From: an uncultured Gammaproteobacteria bacterium
Lineage (GTDB): Bacteria; Patescibacteriota; Patescibacteriia; Patescibacteriales; UBA12465
Length of the DNA: 64,000 bases
Assembly: GCA_964435515.1 (NCBI GenBank)
Contig: CAYSZD010000005.1
Coordinates: 8,813 to 72,812, forward strand
Direction of reading: 5' to 3'
Both the position numbers and the translations under genes were made by a program. The notes beneath the pieces are model-generated. The model did not search any database. It was not told where the DNA came from and saw only the letters and a program-made list of their open reading frames with translations. Shown here in pieces: positions 59,538 to 64,000 of this stretch; position 1 is the first letter of the stretch; each line of letters starts with the position of its first letter.

Positions 59538-60374
59538 ATGGGTATCAAAAAAGTACAAGCTAATACTCCTGGAAGACGTCATGCAACTTTTGACGATTTT
59601 AAAGATATTACCAAAACAATTCCAGAAAAAAGATTGATTGTTATTAAGAAAAAAGCTAGTGGTCGTAATAGTCAGGGTAAAATTACCGTTCGTCATCGTG
59701 GCGGAGGCTCTAAGCGTTATATTAGAATGGTTGATTTTAAACGTGATAAATTTGATATTCCAGCTACTGTATCAGCTATTGAATATGATCCAAATCGTGG
59801 TGCTCGTTTAGCTTTATTAAATTATTCTGATGGAGAAAAAAGATATATTATTGCTCCTTTAGGTTTAAATGTAGGTGATAAGGTGGTAAGTTCAAAAAAT
59901 CTTGTTGATGTGAAAGTTGGTAATGCTATGCCTATTGCTCATATTCCAGCCGGCGTGGCTATTAGTAGTGTAGAATTAGAACCAGGTCAAGGAGCTAAGA
60001 TAGCTCGTGGTGCTGGTAATGCAGTTTTTGTCATGGGTGTTGAAGGTAAGTATGCTCAGTTAAAAATGCCTAGTGGTGAAATTCGTTTAGTAAAGAAAGA
60101 AGCTCTTTGTACTGTTGGTCAAGCTAGTAATCCAGATAAACGTCATATTACTTTAGGAAAAGCTGGTCGTAGTCGTCATTTAGGTATTCGTCCTACAGTT
60201 CGTGGTACAGCTATGAATCCAGTTGATCATCCTCATGGTGGTGGTGAAGGTAAACAGAGTATTGGTTTAAAGCATCCAAAGACTAAGTGGGGTAAACCAG
60301 CTTTAGGAGTAAAGACTAGACGTAAACATCCTTCAACTAAATTAATTATCAAACGTCGCGGTAAGAAGAAATAA
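59538..60374 (+). CDS. rplB: 50S ribosomal protein L2
   Basis: EYDPNR and [17 protein letters not shown]. Confidence 0.99.
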   Translation: MGIKKVQANTPGRRHATFDDFKDITKTIPEKRLIVIKKKASGRNSQGKITVRHRGGGSKRYIRMVDFKRDKFDIPATVSAIEYDPNRGARLALLNYSDGEKRYIIAPLGLNVGDKVVSSKNLVDVKVGNAMPIAHIPAGVAISSVELEPGQGAKIARGAGNAVFVMGVEGKYAQLKMPSGEIRLVKKEALCTVGQASNPDKRHITLGKAGRSRHLGIRPTVRGTAMNPVDHPHGGGEGKQSIGLKHPKTKWGKPALGVKTRRKHPSTKLIIKRRGKKK

Positions 60375-60387
60375 TTTATAAAAGCAT

Positions 60388-60675
60388 ATGTCAAGAAGTT
60401 TAAAAAAGGGACCCTATATTAATCAACGCATTTTAAAAAAAGTGCTAGATTTAAAGCCTGGAGATAAAACTGTAATTAAAGTTTGGGATCGTGCTTGTAC
60501 GATAGTACCAGAGATGGTTGGTCATACTATTGGTGTTCATAACGGAAAAATACATTTTCCAGTATATATTGTTGAGAATATGGTAGGTCATCGTTTAGGA
60601 GAATTTGCCATGACTAAGAAATTTGTTTCTCATGGTGGTAAAATCGCTAAAGCTCAGGCAAAAGGCGCTAAATAA
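60388..60675 (+). CDS. rpsS: 30S ribosomal protein S19
   Basis: RSLKKGP, HNGK and MVGHRLGEF. Confidence 0.98.
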   Translation: MSRSLKKGPYINQRILKKVLDLKPGDKTVIKVWDRACTIVPEMVGHTIGVHNGKIHFPVYIVENMVGHRLGEFAMTKKFVSHGGKIAKAQAKGAK

Positions 60676-60728
60676 TCATAAAGCGAAGCTATTAATCATT
60701 TTTGATTATTTAGCGGCATGCAAACCTT

Positions 60729-61268
60729 ATGGAAATTAAAGCAAGTTTAAATCATTTAAGAATGTCTCCTCGCAAAGCGCGATTAGTATTAGATGTGGTG
60801 CGCAAATTACCGATAGACAAAGCTTTAGAGCAATTACAATTTATTAATAAATTGGCTGCTGAGCCGATTAAAAAATTAATTGAATCTGCTATTGCTAATG
60901 CAGAACATAATTTTAATTTAGATAAGAATAATCTTTTTATTAAAGAAATAAAAGCTGATGAGGGTTCAACAATTAAACGTTGGATGCCAAGAGCTCATGG
61001 ACGGGCTACTACTTTGCGCAAAAGATCTTGTCATATCCATTTAATTTTAGGAGAAATAGTTGAGAGCGGTAAAAAAGAGGCACGTAAAGTAAAAGTAGAA
61101 GCACCAGTTAAATTAGAACAGATTGCCGCTGAAGCAGAGAAACAGGCACAAGGTAAAAAGGTAAATACAAAAAATACAGCCACTAATGAAATTAAAACTA
61201 AGGGTGATTCTAAGACAAGTAAAGGTTTCACTAGTAAAACATTTAATCGTAAAGCGGGTAGTAAATAA
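60729..61268 (+). CDS. rplV: 50S ribosomal protein L22 with basic C-terminal extension
   Basis: SPRKARLV, SAIANAEHN and PRAHGRA. Confidence 0.97.
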   Translation: MEIKASLNHLRMSPRKARLVLDVVRKLPIDKALEQLQFINKLAAEPIKKLIESAIANAEHNFNLDKNNLFIKEIKADEGSTIKRWMPRAHGRATTLRKRSCHIHLILGEIVESGKKEARKVKVEAPVKLEQIAAEAEKQAQGKKVNTKNTATNEIKTKGDSKTSKGFTSKTFNRKAGSK

Positions 61269-61300
61269 ATTTTTAGCAATTAATTACGCATTCTAATAGT

Positions 61301-61981
61301 ATGGGTAAAAAAGTAAATCCAAAAGTAATGCGCCTCGGCGTAACCAAAACCTGGCCTTCTATCTGGTTTGAAAGTGGGCAGAATTATATTAAGAATATCC
61401 AACAGGATATTGCTATTCGCAAACACTTAATCAAAACTATGCGTGAAGCTGGAATTGATAAGGTGGAAATTATCCGTAGTTTAAGTAAAATTACTATTGA
61501 TATTTGGACAGCTAAACCAGGTCTTATCATTGGTCGTGGTGGAACAGGTGTTGAAGATTTAAAGAAAAAATTACATGATCAATTTTTACGTAATTTTAGA
61601 ATGGGTGAAATTAATTTAAATATTAAAGAAGTTAGTCGTCCTCAATTAAGTGCACAGATAGCTGTACAAACTGCTATTTTGGAATTAGAAAAAAGAGTTC
61701 CTTTCCGTAAAGTAATGAAACAAATGATTGGTAGAGTAGAAAGAGGCGGTGCTTTGGGTGTAAAAGTTTCAGTTAGTGGTCGTTTAAACGGTTCTGAAAT
61801 CGCTCGTACTGAAAAATTGGTATCAGGTAAGGTGCCACTTCAAACTTTAAGAGCGGATATTGATTATGCTCGTGGTGCTGCTCATACTACTTATGGTACT
61901 ATAGGAATAAAAGTATGGATATATAAAGGAGAAGTATTTGAGAAAGATCAAGATAATAAAGGTGAATTAATTGCCGCCTAA
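61301..61981 (+). CDS. rpsC: 30S ribosomal protein S3
   Basis: MGKKVNP, KPGLIIGRGG and VPLQTLRADIDY. Confidence 0.98.
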   Translation: MGKKVNPKVMRLGVTKTWPSIWFESGQNYIKNIQQDIAIRKHLIKTMREAGIDKVEIIRSLSKITIDIWTAKPGLIIGRGGTGVEDLKKKLHDQFLRNFRMGEINLNIKEVSRPQLSAQIAVQTAILELEKRVPFRKVMKQMIGRVERGGALGVKVSVSGRLNGSEIARTEKLVSGKVPLQTLRADIDYARGAAHTTYGTIGIKVWIYKGEVFEKDQDNKGELIAA

Positions 61982-62005
61982 TTTAAATAAGATTTTTATA
62001 CTGAT

Positions 62006-62410
62006 ATGTTAATGCCAAAGAAAACTAAATATCGCAAAGATCATAAACGTCGCCGAGGAGGCGTAGCTACTAGAATGACCGATGTCAGCTTTGGTAGTTT
62101 CGGTCTAAAAGCTATAACTGCTCATTGGGTTACTTCTAGACAAATTGAGGCTGCTCGTCGTGTTCTTACTCGTTATACAAAGAAGACTGGTAAGTTGTGG
62201 ATTAGAATTTTCCCTGATAAACCAGTAACCAATCATGGCGGTGAAATGCCTATGGGAAAGGGAAAAGGTGCGGTTGATCATTATGTAGCTATTATTAAAC
62301 CGGGAACTGTTATGTTTGAAATGGAAGGAATAGATGAAAAAACTGCTCAAGAAGCCATGATTTTAGCTTCACATAAATTACCAGTTAAGTGTAAGGTTGT
62401 TTCTAAATAA
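62006..62410 (+). CDS. rplP: 50S ribosomal protein L16
   Basis: QIEAARR, WIRIFPDKP and MGKGKG. Confidence 0.98.
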   Translation: MLMPKKTKYRKDHKRRRGGVATRMTDVSFGSFGLKAITAHWVTSRQIEAARRVLTRYTKKTGKLWIRIFPDKPVTNHGGEMPMGKGKGAVDHYVAIIKPGTVMFEMEGIDEKTAQEAMILASHKLPVKCKVVSK

Positions 62411-62443
62411 TTCTGGTGGTTGTAAATTATATAATTCAATAAT

Positions 62444-62629
62444 ATGGATATCAAAGAACTTACAAGCAAAAGCCCAGCCGATTTACAAAAATTATTGGCT
62501 AAATACCGTGAAGATATTAGGGAAATGCGTTTTAAAGATTCTAATCGCCAACTTAAAAATGTTCGCGAAATTAGAAAAAGTCGCGCTATTGTAGCGAGAA
62601 TACTTACTATTTTAAATAGTCAAGCTTAA
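62444..62629 (+). CDS. rpmC: 50S ribosomal protein L29
   Basis: ELTSKS...IRKSRAIVARILT; lies between rplP and rpsQ. Confidence 0.92.
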   Translation: MDIKELTSKSPADLQKLLAKYREDIREMRFKDSNRQLKNVREIRKSRAIVARILTILNSQA

Positions 62630-62639
62630 TTATAAAATT

Positions 62640-62915
62640 ATGCCAGTAAAAAAAGTTATTGAGGCTAAGGAGCCTGAAACAGCAAAAATTACTAAACGTT
62701 TTCAAGGCGTAGTCGTTGGTGTTAAGAATGATAAGACGATTTTAGTACGCGTGGAATCTGTTAAGTTAAATAAAAAATACAAGAAACGTTATTCTGTTAG
62801 TCGTAATTATCAAGTTCATGATGAAAAGAATGTTGCCGAGGAAGGACAAAAGGTTTCTTTTATAGAATGTCGCCCATTTAGTAAAACTAAGCGTTGGCGT
62901 TTAATTGCGAACTAA
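62640..62915 (+). CDS. rpsQ: 30S ribosomal protein S17
   Basis: GVVV..KNDKTI, VHDE and ECRPFSKTKRW. Confidence 0.96.
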   Translation: MPVKKVIEAKEPETAKITKRFQGVVVGVKNDKTILVRVESVKLNKKYKKRYSVSRNYQVHDEKNVAEEGQKVSFIECRPFSKTKRWRLIAN

Positions 62916-62967
62916 AGCCGCTTAATCCATCTTCTTTTTTTAAGTTGGTGGTATAAGTATTATTTAT

Positions 62968-63342
62968 ATGATTCAAGTACAGACAAGATTAAAAAGTGCC
63001 GATAATTCCGGTGCTAAAGAAATTCAATGCATCAGAGTGTTGGGTGGATACCGCAAGCGCTATGCTAGAGTGGGCGATGTTATCGTTGGTACTGTTAAAA
63101 GTGCCGCTCCTCATGCAGCTGTTAAAAAAAGTGATGTTGTAAGAGCAGTTATTGTTCGTACCAGCAAAGAGATTCGTCGCACTGATGGTTCTTATTTACG
63201 TTTTGATGATAATGCTTGTGTAGTTTTAGTCGATAAAGAGAAAAAGGATCCTAAAGGTAGTCGTATCTTTGGACCAGTAGCTAGAGAAGTGCGTCGAGCT
63301 GGTTTTGCTAAGATTGCTTCTTTGGCACCTGAAGTTTTATAA
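62968..63342 (+). CDS. rplN: 50S ribosomal protein L14
   Basis: ADNSGAK, FDDNA and RIFGPVARE. Confidence 0.98.
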   Translation: MIQVQTRLKSADNSGAKEIQCIRVLGGYRKRYARVGDVIVGTVKSAAPHAAVKKSDVVRAVIVRTSKEIRRTDGSYLRFDDNACVVLVDKEKKDPKGSRIFGPVAREVRRAGFAKIASLAPEVL

Positions 63343-63354
63343 TCATTTGTTTAT

Positions 63355-63675
63355 ATGAATATTAAGAAAAATGACACAGTAAAAATGCTTAGCGGTAAAG
63401 ACCGTGGTAAAAGTGCTAAAGTACTTCAGGTTTTGCCTAAAGAAGAAAAGGTGAGCGTTGAAGGTTTAAATCTTTTAGTTAAGCATATGCGCCCTAATCG
63501 TGAAGGAGAAAAAGGTCAGAGAATAGAATTTCCTTCTTTTGTTCGAGCTAACAAGGTGGCCTTAATATGTCCTTCTTGTAATCGTCAAACTAGAGTGGCT
63601 AAAAAAGTGGTAACTAATGAAAAAGGTTCCAAAAAATATCGCGTCTGCAAAAAATGTCAGGCGGTAATTGAATAA
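63355..63675 (+). CDS. rplX: 50S ribosomal protein L24
   Basis: KOW motif SGKDRGK, VEGLN and CPSC...CKKC. Confidence 0.96.
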   Translation: MNIKKNDTVKMLSGKDRGKSAKVLQVLPKEEKVSVEGLNLLVKHMRPNREGEKGQRIEFPSFVRANKVALICPSCNRQTRVAKKVVTNEKGSKKYRVCKKCQAVIE

Positions 63676-63685
63676 TTCCAATTTT

Positions 63686-64000
63686 ATGCGTTTAAAAGAA
63701 AAATATCAAAAAGAAATAGTGCCTAGCTTGAAGGAGAAATTCGCTTATAAGAATGTTGCTTTAGTGCCTAAATTGCAAAAGGTGGTTATTAATATTGGTT
63801 TTGGTAAATTAGCTAAAGAGAAAGAAAAAATTGCCGGCATTGAAGCAATCCTAACTAAAATAAGTGGTCAAAAGCCAATTATGACAAAGGCTAAGAAATC
63901 AATCTCTGCTTTTAAAGTTAGAGAAGGAATGGTGATTGGTGCAGCGACTACTTTAAGAGGCGAAAGAATGTATGATTTTGTAGAGAAATTGGTAAGTATA
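63686..64000 (+). CDS. rplE: 50S ribosomal protein L5 (3'-truncated by window edge)
   Basis: MRLKEKYQKEIVP...VPKLQKVVINIG...ISGQKP...KVREG...TLRGERMYDF. Confidence 0.96.
   Translation, partial: MRLKEKYQKEIVPSLKEKFAYKNVALVPKLQKVVINIGFGKLAKEKEKIAGIEAILTKISGQKPIMTKAKKSISAFKVREGMVIGAATTLRGERMYDFVEKLVSI

Noticed and set aside
976-62350. Short antisense ORFs in the track (e.g. 976-1206, 2320-2613, 14761-15042, 22599-22931, 47630-48019, 61031-61279)
   Set aside because: They are shadows of well-supported genes on the opposite strand and have no recognisable motifs.
2-64000. Genetic code 25 (UGA=Gly)
   Set aside because: All conserved genes are full length under code 11 with no in-frame TGA, and RF2 is present.

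Overview
This is an AT-rich bacterial chromosome segment made almost entirely of housekeeping genes, mostly on the + strand. Several traits point to a Patescibacteria/CPR (Parcubacteria-like) genome: two mreB paralogues, lemA-htpX, comEC, a short AlaRS and ProRS, RpoA without a C-terminal domain, charged extensions on ribosomal proteins and almost no Shine-Dalgarno sites. This taxonomy is inferred, not searched. In order, the window holds an ATP-cone-NrdB/NrdA ribonucleotide reductase; secA; a 4-gene accessory islet; ileS; lemA-SPFH-htpX; ruvA; proS-mreBCD; sugar-nucleotide and glycosyltransferase genes; an S8/FG-GAP protease; a degenerate PilB-like ATPase; a reduced dcw cluster; alaS; the alpha operon; prfB; comEC; rpmB; and the str and S10/spc operons, cut at rplE. 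I saw no rRNA, tRNA, CRISPR array or transposase. The most notable signals are: (1) none of 72 gene ends uses TGA although RF2 is encoded; (2) a near-consensus sigma70 promoter lies inside the coding sequence of the orphan gene before tuf and feeds a three-way-junction leader; (3) the tuf and rpmB leaders share an ACGGC...GCCGU stem followed by AAGCAU, and AAGCA recurs before other starts; (4) two unrelated orphan proteins share an N-terminal MSLExLxLN tag; (5) a degenerate, probably inactive PilB heads a glycosyltransferase operon; (6) there is a putative attenuator between rpsJ and rplC.
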